Source: Paraspadella gotoi
Taxonomy: Eukaryota; Animalia; Chaetognatha
Assembly (NCBI GenBank): GCA_051294375.1
Contig: CM119269.1
Location: forward strand, 1,504,537-1,568,536
Direction: 5' to 3'
Length of the DNA stretch: 64,000 nt
The position numbers were made by a program, and so were the translations under genes. Each line of letters starts with the position of its first letter. Position 1 is the first letter of the stretch. Below are positions 26,633 through 50,319 of this stretch, in pieces. The notes under the pieces were generated by a model, which made no database searches, was not told the origin of the DNA, and saw only the letters and a program-made list of their open reading frames with translations.

Positions 26633-26829
26633 AAATACACAGAACCAATCGTTACCCTTACCTTGTCGAGTTCATCGACCCTGACTGAGAGGAAGATGAG
26701 TAAGAGGACGACGACGACGACGCCGACGACGCTGACGAGGACAAACAGCACCTTTCCAACCGCACTGGCGTTTGAGCCTTCGCCTTGTTTTTCGCTCTCT
26801 GTCGCATATGTGTCCTCAGAAGACGGCAT
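16799..26829 (-). CDS. Nested antisense gene: type II transmembrane protein with long coiled-coil stalk and C-terminal globular domain (exons 26829-26662, 25905-24163, uncertain small exons about 19160-19075 and 18980-18899, 18829-18698, 17110-17011, 16946-16799)
   Basis: MPSSEDTYATESEKQGEGSNASAVGK-VLFVLVSVVGVVVVVLLLIFL (TM). Then a ~1.74-kb heptad-rich exon with repeated ETxEID motifs and many N-x-S/T sites. Then VRLTFYKDDVPVVESIFDGKNTKPYNWF..RLFYV..C..EQGWIMVV..CLP..YPLLVYS..W..AGFADTMVIAAV*. The coiled-coil exon is partly duplicated at about 20800-22046. Confidence 0.75.
19560..20290 (-). mobile_element. Second Helentron/DINE-like repeat family (GG(C/T)GGCGCT motif plus (GACC/GACA)n); also about 22790-23520, 48290-48440, 55190-55335
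   Basis: Recurrent motif order aaGG(C/T)GGCGCT..ttagattt.agg..aacaaatg..taagt.ggacagac(cgac)n. Confidence 0.5.
22092..25356 (+). repeat. Direct duplicate (other haplotype) of about 18866-21963
   Basis: Collinear; identical 63-aa ORF at 19033 and 22258; the duplicate starts at an N-gap. Confidence 0.85.
23760..24070. repeat. ~20-bp GGGATTCCTCCCGCAT tandem array; related array in opposite orientation at about 20465-20620
   Basis: Direct inspection. Confidence 0.75.
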
Positions 26830-28214
26830 TGTAGGATCGATCAATTAACGAGCTTACCTATTGGGTAGACCGAAGTGATACTTGTATAATAAAATTTGAA
26901 AGAAAAATCTTAAAAAAATAGCCCTTAAGGTAATATATTTTGTAAAAAAAATTTCTAGTCGGATCTGCTTGTCAGCAGATCCCGACTCTATAATTAACTT
27001 AGTCGGTCCGTCGGTACGGCCCCTCAATCTTGTCAGGCATTCACTTATATCAGGTCAGAACATCTAATTATGATAAATTATGCAAAAAAAAAACGATGAC
27101 TGTCTGTACGTCTGTCTGTCTGTCTTTCCGTCTGTCTGTCTTGCTGTCTGTCTGTCCGTCCCACCTTAGCAAAAAACGCCAATTACTCGTGATTGGATGG
27201 ATGGATTGGAATGAAATTTTGTGTGTGGGTAGGGAAGAGTGTGATTGAGCTGGATATAAAGTTTCGATTGAATCGTGCGAGTGGAAATGAGTTTTAATGA
27301 AAAAAAACAAAAAAATATAATTCATTAATATACAAGTTTTAACGCTTTTCGTTTTTTTTTTTAATTAAAAAAAAGAAAAACCACTGCGCCCCACCGTTAG
27401 GCCAGGATAATTAAGAAAATCAAAGATAAAGATTTTTAGATTGGGGTTTCGTTAGAAAATACATATGTAAAAACAAATTAAACAAAATACGTAGTTGCGC
27501 GCTTACCTTAAAGTTTGGCCGATGAAATTTTTAAGAATCAGTGCAGCCAACCTCCCTGTTGTGGAATGAAAGTCTCCCTTAGTTTAACCTCTCAATTTTG
27601 CTTCTACTCGTTCTTCCACTGCATTAGAAAACCTGTCTGAAACAAATGGAAAAAGGCAAGGTAATTAGATTTTAACAGTCGACAAAGTCGGGATGATTTT
27701 TAACCGGATCTGATTACAGCAGATTTCGGCTCTATGATTCACTTTATCGATCCGTGGGTCCACCCCCACAATCATGTCGGAAATCACTTAAATCATTTCA
27801 GAACATCGAATTATGCAAATTATGCAAAAAAAATTTATGTCCGTCCATCCGTCCTTCCATCCGTCCGTCCCCCCTTAGCTTTGAACACCATTTACTCATG
27901 ATTGTATGGGGCGATTGATTTGAAATTTTGTACAATGAGGGTAGGAGAGTGTGGGATTAAGCTGGAAATTAAGTTTCAATGAAATCGTCCAAGTGGTAAT
28001 GAGATTAAATGGAAAAAACAAAAAACTTGTTTCACTAATTGATAATGCTTCTTTTTCTTTTTATAATAAATGTATTAATTAATCAAATAATTATTCAGTT
28101 AATTAATCAATTAGTTTATTAATCAATTAGTCAATAAATTAATCAATGATAAATTAATTAATCATTCAATTAATCAAACTTGTTTTTAAATGGCTGTATT
28201 TATTTTTTTTATAG

Positions 28215-29059
28215 GAATTGTCCAAGAGATGTTCATCCATGGGAAAATTATACAGTTTAAGAATTAAGGTTGAACAAAGAATCATTCTTTATGTGAAGAA
28301 CATTGAAATAACCTCTCCCAACAGAAACGTCATAAACCTAAATATAAAACAGTATTTAGGTGGTTCCATTTCAGAAAGTAAGCCGCTAACATTTTTTAAA
28401 ATTATTTTTTCATTTCAAAAAATAATTTAAAAAATTTTTTTTCTCTTTTCAGGAATTCTCAATTTTAACCAAAATTCAGCAAAGTATGCATTGATCCTGA
28501 CTTTATCGAGTAAGTGTATAAATTTTAAAAGTGACTACATCAAATAAGCATTTGTGAGCATTACGTTTGCTCTATTACATGTATTTCAAATTGGTACTGG
28601 ACAGTTTTGAATTCAGACCTTTAAAAAGTAAATTTAACATTAATTTTAATAGTTTAGTTTTTACATTTTTATCGTTTTCCAGAAAAAAAATTAAACATTA
28701 AAAATTCAGGTTTGAATCAACAAGTTACGCTGCTGTCACAATTCACTATCATCATAAAAGGAAACAATAAAATTTGCACATTTTATTTCAATAAAGGACG
28801 ATACTACTTTTACAAAAATTATCTAGTAAGTACCACCTTGGTTAACATTATACTTATATGATGTATTTGAAATGATATTAAATTCTTATACAGATTATCT
28901 TACAAACTTGTCCAACAATTGGTAAAATTGAAAAAATAAACATTTCCTATAATGGTTCTTTACAATGGTATATCAGAGATGTGCGTATTAATGTTCCTGG
29001 ACTGAATATGATAAAATTCCTTGTCAAAAAACTTTTTTCGCAAGGAGTTACGTTTCAAG
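28215..29059 (+). CDS. End of PLAT 3 and PLAT 4 (exons 28215-28377, 28453-28509, 28710-28825, 28894-29059)
   Basis: ELSKRCSSMGKLYSLRIKV..LYVKNIEI..IKQYLG and ..IKGNNKICTF..|IILQTCPTIGKIEKINISY..WYIRDVRINVP; phases join in frame. Confidence 0.8.
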
Positions 29060-29924
29060 GTAACTGATATTTATCCTGAAAAACCTTTTAGACTTAATTT
29101 TAAAAAAATTAATATAATTCAAAATAATTTTATTGAAAAAGTTTTTAGAGACATTATTAAAAAATATAAGAACTTTAAAAAAAGTTTTTTAATGCATGCA
29201 TATTTAAATTTTACATTGAAGTTATAAAATATATTAAAAAATACTTGAGATTGTGATTTAACATGGTCATTTTTACTTTTTGAAACATTCGAGGGCAATT
29301 AAGTTAGACAAGTTGATCAAGCGTTTTAATTATCAATCCAATTTTTTTTTATTTTTATTTTATGATTTTTAAAATTATATTTATAAACAGTTACAACCAA
29401 GTAGTAATAAATAATTAAAAGAAGATGAACCAAATGGATCACAACTAACTCAATTACTAAGAAAGATATTCTGGACCAAATCAATTAACAAAAAGGTCAA
29501 AATATTTGTGTTATTTAAATAATTCTTTCTGCTAGTTTAAAAATCAACCTACAGATGGACACAAGATTTCTTTTATTAAAAGTCTACAAGCTACTCAAAG
29601 TAACCCTGACATGTAATTGCAATCTTCCCAATCAATTCTAAATCTCACAAGTTGTCTAAAAGAAACGCAACTGCTCTCAAACCCATCATCAAAGAAACTT
29701 AAAAGGTAAAAAACAAGTATTTTAAATTCTCTTTAACAATTTTGAAATCATAGATGTTTCTTTTAGTGTACATATCTTCTTTTTTTTGACTGTGGCTTTC
29801 CCAGAAAGCGTTTCAAATTTATATAATATTTTGCTTATTTAGGCTTTTAAATCATTAGATTTATAAGAAATATTATTCTTTCGTTATTTGTGCATGTAGT
29901 GATATTTTCCTTCTATTTTTTTAG

Positions 29925-30370
29925 GTTCAGAAACTAAAGAGCCTTTACAAGAAAATCAAAATGGCCCACAAAGTGAATAAAAACAAGGTCAAAATCCTTC
30001 TATGCAGAACAATCACCAAACAACTCAACAAGGGCAAAATTCTTCACCCAAGAGTATTTAAAAAACTAATCAAAGGAGCAAAACTACAAAGTGGATTAAG
30101 TCATAATATGAATCAAACACAAAACAGATCACAAAAAGAATCAGCATTAAACTCAAGGCATAAAAAAAAGCGAAATACTGCTATCTAATACAAGTAAAAA
30201 AAAATTTTACCAAGCAAAGTCAAAATTCTCAAAGTGGCCCAAATTTTTACTGTAACACTCATGGCCTGAACCCACATGATTTTGCTACTCAAAATCAAAC
30301 AAGGCCAACAGGTGCCCCAAATGCTCAGGGATCTTAGAACCAACTCAAGGTCAAGTTAGCACAGGGGGTT
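29925..30370 (+). pseudogene. Degenerate (pseudo-)exon copy of the Q/S/G-rich exon; a more decayed copy lies at about 29391-29705
   Basis: Same acceptor and start (SETKEPLQ..) as the intact copies but an in-frame TAA at 29978-29980. Confidence 0.65.
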
Positions 30371-30659
30371 AAAATTCCCAAACTGCTGATTGTTTAGCTC
30401 AAAATTCAACTATTTGATTTATTGTTTTTTTTTTTAAATTTAAAGATTTTTCTTATATTGTATTCTTTGATTTTTACAGTGAAGTTATTCTTTTTCAATG
30501 TTTGCCAGTGGCTCAACCAGAAAATGTTTTAAATTATAGGACAATTTGTATTCTATAGTACTTATATCATTACATATTTTATATTCTTTTATACTATTTT
30601 GTATTTCGGGTTTTTACTATATTATAGTTATATATTAAATTATATAATATATATTTGAG

Positions 30660-30820
30660 GAAGACGATGCTGCGAGCAGTTCACCATCCGTTGCACACAA
30701 GGTCCTGAACTTCGGTTCAATGCCCCATCCCGTTTATACTTGTATAAATCTGTATTGCGCAAACCCGAGTCGTCTGGTTGGGAGGAGCTTCTGCTACCTC
30801 CGGCGCCATAGGTGCTGCTA
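30660..30820 (-). mobile_element. tRNA-derived SINE-like fragment
   Basis: RC contains TGGCGCCGGAGG..CTCCCAACC..CGGGTT, resembling the head of the family at 42248. Confidence 0.4.
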
Positions 30821-31074
30821 ACAAATACTCTGGTATGAAATACTATTATTAATTTTATATATATTTTTATTTATTTTAATTTATTATTTTTAGTTTTACA
30901 TAATTTACAAAATTTTGTCATTCCTCATTTACTTTTTATACACGTAAAATAATTCAAATATACATAATTTTTTTTTAATTTATTATAATTTTACATAACT
31001 CGTTATTGCAATATAAAATGACCTAATTCTAAGTTATTACTACATGAAGTAATATTTTCTTTTTATTTTTTTAG

Positions 31075-31545
31075 GCTCACAAACTAAGGAAGTTCCTTTA
31101 CAAGGAAGTCAAAGTGGCTCACAAAGTGGATTAAAACTAGGTCAAAACCCTTCTATGCAGAATAGTAACCAAACATCTCAACAAGGACAAAATTCTTCAC
31201 CACAGAGTATCAAACCAACAAACCAAGGGAGCAAAACTAATGGATTAAGTCAGAATCAGAATCCGGCACAAAATGGACCACAAAACAATCAGCAATTAAC
31301 TCAAGGTAGTACACAAAGCGGAACACAACTATCTCACCAAAGTCAAAATAAATCCCCACAAAGCAATCAGCAAAGTCAAAGTTCTCAAGGTGGCCCGAAT
31401 TCTCATACTAATACTCCTGGTCAGATCCTACAAAATACCGCTGCCCAAAGTCAAAGTGAGCCAACAGGCGGGCAAAATGCTCAGGGAGCTCAGAACCTAC
31501 AAAACATACCAACTCAAGGTCAAAGTGGCCAAGTTGGTTCAGCGG
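31075..31545 (+). CDS. Intact Q/S/G/N-rich exon (phase 1-1) of the large gene; sister copies 32279-32642 (truncated) and 33953-34183 (runs into gap)
   Basis: ttag acceptor, open frame SQTKEVPLQGSQSGSQSG...GQSGQVGSA, donor g|gtaaaa. Confidence 0.65.
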
Positions 31546-33261
31546 GTAAAAAATTCCAAGCAGATAATTATCTATTTCAAAATAAAACTATGTGATATTT
31601 TTTTGGTGCCTTTATAATTTATAGACATTTCTATAAGTATATTATTTCATTTTTATTAAGTTTTACTGTGGATTGCCCTGAAAGTGTTTCAAATTTATAG
31701 GATAATTTGCTTTCTATGGTATTTAAATCATTTTGTATTTTATATGATTTTATTCTAACTGGTAACTTGTTTTTGTGCCACATTAGAGTTTATATTTTTG
31801 TATAACCATTTTACAAATATATAATATTTGTTTAAATTTTTATAAAGAGGCTCAAATTTTCTCATTATCTTTTTTACTCATTACAAAGGCAAAACATAAC
31901 AGACTAGTACAAAATTTATACATAAAAACTTGAATATTTTGGCTAAAGCCTAAAGTTATATTTTTCCAAAAAGCTAAATCTTTACAGTTTTTTGAATGAC
32001 AATTTTTTTTATAGTAGCAGCTGTAATTTATTATTTATCATACTATTTTAAATATAAATTTTTAGAAATATTTAATTAAAAAAATATTGAGACAGGATCA
32101 ATTATTATTATTACTATTATTATTATAAATATCGAGACAGGATCAATTATTATTACTATTATTATTATTATTATTATTATTATCAATTATTATTTTAATA
32201 ATATAAAATAACTGTAGTATAAAAAAATATCCTAACTCATTATTACTTATAGTAATATTTTTACTTTTATTATTTTAGGTTCTCAAACTAAAGAACCTTT
32301 ACAAGGAAGTCAAATTGGCTCACAAAGTGGATCAAAACAAGGTCAAAATCCTTCTACACAGAATGGTCACCAAACATCTCAACAAGGGCAAAATTCTTCA
32401 CCACAGAGTAATCAACCAACAAACCAAGGGAGCAAAACTAGTGGATCAAGTCAGAATCAGAATCCAGCTCAAAATGGACCACAAAATAATCAGCAATCAA
32501 CTCAAGGCAGTACACAAAGCGGAACACAACTATCTAACCCAAGTCAAAATAAATCACCACAAAGCAATCAGCAAAGTCAAAACTCTCAAGGTGGCCCGAA
32601 TTCTCAATCTAACACTCCTGGTCAGAACCTACAAAATACCGCTTTGTTGCTTACCCAGAAATTATTTTGAATTTATATTATAATTTGCTTATTTTGGTAG
32701 TTATATTATTACATATTTTATATTATTTTTCTATTGTATTTAGTTTTTGAGTCATGTTATAGTTGACAAGTATCTACATAATATTTAATGAATATATCTT
32801 TTTATTTTATCATATTGAATTTTAATTTGTTTAACATAATTTCAAAATTATGGCACTCCTCATATTTTTATACAAGTAAATCTATTTAATATTAATGTTT
32901 AAGGAATAACAGTTTTTAAATTCGTTATTAAAACTCCAAAAAAAACTCCTTAAAAACAAAATAACGAAAAGAAAGGAAATTATTACAATGTCTACCAATA
33001 TTAATGTTATATAAATTATTTTAATATTTTAGTTAAAAAAATAATTGAGACTGAAAAAAATATGATAGCTGATTATGCGATGTTTGAATTCCTCTTTAAG
33101 ATGCCTTTGAAATTTAGAAAAAATAAAGTCTTTTTGTTTTAACAATAGCAAATATTTTTTTTATTAAAATTGTTTAATTTAAATTTTATTTTTTTTATAC
33201 ATTGCAAAAAATATAAATTATTCTTTAGTGGTAGTAACCTTTCTTTTTCGTTGTTATATGT

Positions 33262-33449
33262 ATTTGGGCAAAATGATTTTTGTTTCACAACGAATTTTAT
33301 TTAATCATATAAACGTACATGTTTCGGCTTTGGATGCAAGCCTTCTTCAAATCATTGACGCTGAAGAAGGCTTGCATCCAAAGCCAAAACATGTACGTTT
33401 ATATGATTAAATAAAATTCGTTGTGAAACAAAAATCATTTTGCCCAAAT
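33262..33449. mobile_element. Inverted-repeat Penelope-like pLTR remnant carrying hammerhead motifs
   Basis: 88-bp arms with one mismatch and a 12-nt spacer. Arm = (C)TGAAGA AGGCTT gcatcca AAGCC (G/A)AAAC AT GTA CGTT. Direct repeat AAATTATTCTTTA at 33215-33227 and 33446-33458. Confidence 0.7.
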
Positions 33450-35897
33450 TATTCTTTAAAACTGTCTGCATTGTAATCTCAAATGAACATAATTTCATTT
33501 CCTTTCACTATTCCTCAATCTCTCTAGTCAAAGACTTCGGTTATCTTCAACACACGCTCTCTCTCTCTACCCTTTAGTAAAGTAGCTTTTAGAGACGAAA
33601 ATGGTGCTTAAAGCCGCTATCAATATGTTTAATTCAATTTTTTTCTGCCTCCCTCTCTCGCCCTCTTTTTTACTGAGGATCAGATTTTTTACTTTGTCAT
33701 TTGTGCTGATGAGGTCTTGTACAAAAAGCCGAAAAATGTCAAAATTTTTTTTATTAAAAAATTGTATTGCCATTACTGAAGCGAAAAGACCTTGGTTTTC
33801 CTAAATGATGGCTATTGATATTTTAGTTGTAGTTATAATTGCAATATTAAAAAAAATAATTTCTATATCACTCCTACAGTACTACATGTAGTTTTTTCTT
33901 TTTCTTTTCCTTTAAAATTTTAGGTTCACGAACTTTTCTTTTATAATTTTAGGTTCACAAACTTTACAAGGAAGTCAAAGTGGCTCACAAAGTGGATCAA
34001 AACAAGGTCAAAATCCCTCTACGCAAAATGGCCACCAAACATCTCATCAAGGGCAAAATTCTTCACCGCAGAGTATTAAACATACACACCAAGGAAGTAA
34101 AACTAGTGGATCAAGTCAGAATCAGAATGCACAAAATAATCCACAAAATGGACCACAAAATAATCAGCAATCAACTCAAGGCANNNNNNNNNNNNNNNNN
34201 NNNNNNNNNNNNNNNNNNNNNNNNNNNNNNNNNNNNNNNNNNNNNNNNNNNNNNNNNNNNNNNNNNNNNNNNNNNNNNNNNNNNNNNNNNNNNNNNNNNN
34301 NNNNNNNNNNNNNNNNNNNNNNNNNNNNNNNNNNNNNNNNNNNNNNNNNNNNNNNNNNNNNNNNNNNNNNNNNNNNNNNNNNNNNNNNNNNNNNNNNNNN
34401 NNNNNNNNNNNNNNNNNNNNNNNNNNNNNNNNNNNNNNNNATGTTTGAATGAGGCTTGCTCAATTCCCAAGAATGTTTAAAATTTAAATGTTTTCAATTT
34501 ATGTATTTCAAATTCATATTTATATGCTTAATATGGTATTAACATTTTTATGATTTTATACTTATTTGTATCTCATTTTTTCACAATATTATGGTTATTA
34601 TTTATGTATAACTTTTTCAAATTTTTACAAAGTATTTTATCTACTGTTATTTGAATAAATATCGTACATTGCTTTAGCGAAATACTCTTAAATTTTGATC
34701 TATCTTTAAAAAAAATTTATCAATTTTTTTTCACGGTCGTCTCAACTCTCTTACTAGGAGCTTTTCATTCATTTCTTACTAACAGCATTTTGGTTCAGAT
34801 TCTTATTGATTTCTATAGATTTGATATTTTTCACTTGCATAGCTTTACACAAAATAGCTTATTTGCATGTTTTCAGCCTATTTTTCCAGAGGGAACCATA
34901 AACTAGATAAAGTTTTTTAGGACAAAAGAGCACTTCTCCAGAAATCTTGTTCTTTTTTATAAAATAAAACATTGAATTTTTTTTTCTTAATATTTTAAGC
35001 TTTATCTACTGGAGGGCTCCACAAACAAAAGATTATTCAGTAAGACAAGATAGCACTTTTGATTAATTGGATTAATTTGATTTGAACCTACGAGATGTTC
35101 CCTTGCACATGCTTTTACACAAAATAACAATTTTTTAAAAATTTCTATCATTCCAAATAGCATTTTCTGCTTAATTTTCTATCATTGCAAATAATTTGAA
35201 AATATTTAATAATTAATGTTATATTTTTGACAGAAAATCAACATACTTAAAAATTGTGTTCCATATCTTTTTCTATCTCAAGCAAAAAGAAAAGAAAAGA
35301 TTATTTTTCTGTTTTTCTTTCTTTTTTGCAGCTTTATTTTTCTCTTTTTTTTTTTCTTTTTTCTTTTATTTTTTCCTACCCATCTCTCTTGAAAAAATAA
35401 TGCAAGTTAAAAAAATCATGCAAGTAGAAAAAATAATGCAAATAGAAATAATGATGCAAGATGAAAAAAATTATACAAGATGAAAAAATAATGCAATTTG
35501 AAAAAAAGATGCCAGTTTAAAAAATGATGCAACTCGAAAAAATGATGCAAGTTTAAAAAATGAGTTGGGAAAATGATGCAAGTTGAATAAATTATTTGTA
35601 GTAATAGTTCAGTTTTATCCCTTTCATGTATTGGCGCAGCCACTGGTTATCATTATTATTTGCTTTAGTTAACTATAATTTAAAAAATAATTTCATTCCT
35701 TATTTATTTTTTAATTTTATACAAGTAAAATATTCAAATTATGTATAAATTTTTTTATTAAAAAAAATTTTTGAAACTGGATGAAATAAATAAAAGCTAT
35801 TAAAATTTTGCATAGGTTATCAATGAAATATTAAAAGAATAAATACTCACTCATCAATACATATATATATATTAATCATTTTCCTTTTATTATTTAG

Positions 35898-37761
35898 GTT
35901 CACAAACTAAAGAACCTTTACAAGGTAGTCAAAGTGGCTCACAAAGTGGATCAAAACAAGGTCAAAATCCTTCTACACACAATGGTCACCAAACATCTCA
36001 TCAAGGCAAAAATTCTTCACCACAAAGTAATCAACCAACAAAGCAAGGCAGCAATACAAGTGGATCAAGTCAGAATCCGAATCCAGCACAAAATAATCCA
36101 CAAAATGGATCACAAAATAATCAGCAATCAACTCAAGGCAGTACTCAAAGTGGAACACAGTTATCTAAACCAAGCCAAAATAAATCCCCACAAAACAATC
36201 AGCAAAGTTCTCAATCTAGCACTCCTGGTCAGAACCTACAAAATACAGCAACCCAAAGTCAAAGTGGGCCAACAGGCGGTCAAAATGCTCCGGGTCAAGG
36301 TCAAAGTGGACGAGTTGGCTCAGAGGGTAAAAATTCCCAAGCGGCTAATAGTCCAGTTCAAAATCCAGCAAACAGTCCTCCGGTCGGTGGGCCAATCTCT
36401 CAAGGACCACAGGCTCCTAATCACCCTCCTATTATTCTTCCTGGATTAGGTCAAAGTGGCCAAGGTGGTCAAACTTTGCAAAACCCATTAAGTACAACTC
36501 CAGGTCAAAATGGCCAAGGTGACCAAGCTGGCTCAGGAATGCAAAGTGGGCAAAGTGGCTCANNNNNNNNNNNNNNNNNNNNNNNNNGCTCAGGAGGACA
36601 ACTTTCTCATGGAGGTCAGAACCACAAACACAAATCCAGGTCAAAGTGGTCAAGATGGCCAACCTGGCTCAGGAATGCAAAGTGGGCTAAGTGCTCAGGA
36701 GGACAACCTTCTCAGGGAGGTCAGAACCCACAAACTACAATTCCTGGTCAAGGTGGACAAGCTGGCCAAGCTGGCTCAGGAATGCAAAGTGGGCAAGGTG
36801 GCTTAGGGGACAACCTGCTCAGGGAGGTCAGAACCCAGCAAGCTTACAACTCCAGGTCAAAGTGGACAAGCTGGCCAGCTGGCTCAGGAATGCAAAGTGG
36901 GCAAAGTGGCTCAGGGGCAAACCTGCTCAGGGAGGTCGGAACCCACAAACTACAACTCCAGGTCAAAGTGGACAAGCTGGCCAAGCTGGCTCAGGAATGC
37001 AAAGTGTGTTCAGGAGGACAACCTTCTCAGGGAGGTCAGAACCCACAAGCTACAACTCCAGGTCAAATTGGACAAGCTGGCCAAGCTGGCTCAGGAATGC
37101 AAAGTGGGCAAAGTGGCTCAGGGGGACAACCTGCTCAGGGAGGTCAGAACCCACAAACTATAACTCCAGGTCAAAGTGGCCAAGCTGGCTCAGGAATGCA
37201 AAGTGGGCAAAGTGGCTCAGGAGGACACCTGCTCAGGGAGGTCAGAACTCACAAACTACAACTCCAGGTCAAAGTGGACAAGCTGGCCAAGCTGGCTCAG
37301 GAATGCAAAGTGGTTCAGGAGGACAACCTTCTCAGGGAGGTCCGAACCACAAACTACAAACTCCAGGTCAAGAGTGGACAAGCTGGCCAAGCTGGCAATG
37401 CAGGAATGCAGAAGTGGACAAGCTGGCCAAGCTGGCTCAGGATTGCAACGTGGTCAAAGTGGCTCAGGGGGACAACCTGCTCAGGGAGGTCAGAACCCAC
37501 AAACTACAACTCCAGGTCAAAGTGGACAAGCTGGCCAAGCTGGCTCAGGAATGCAAAGTGGTCAAAGTGGTTCAGGGGGACAATCTGCTCAGGGAGGTCA
37601 AAACCCACAAACTACAACTCCAGGTCAAAGTGGACATGGACAAGCTGGCCAAGCTGGCTCAGGAATGCAAAGTGGGCAAGTGGCTCAGGGGCTCAAATAG
37701 CCCTCTTATGGGTGGCTCTTCTATAATTCCTCCGACCAAGCTAATTGTTTACAGCAACCAG
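35898..37761 (+). CDS. Long Q/G-rich exon with about 11 copies of a 33-36-aa repeat GQSGQAGQAGSGMQSGQSGSGGQPAQGGQNPQTTTP
   Basis: 99-108-bp tandem repeat at about 36490-37690; acceptor ttag at 35897, donor cag|gtagc at 37761. Frameshifts differ between the two copies, so they are probably errors. Confidence 0.8.
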
Positions 37762-37826
37762 GTAGCATCTTACAGTTACATGATTAGAAATATTAATATA
37801 TAATTAAATTATCACCTATTGTTTAG

Positions 37827-50239
<12,413 letters not shown>

Positions 50240-50319
50240 GTGAGGTTAATTTAAAAAAATTTCATCATAATGAGAAGTACAAGACAATAATCTCNNNNNN
50301 NNNNNNNNNNNNNNNNNNN

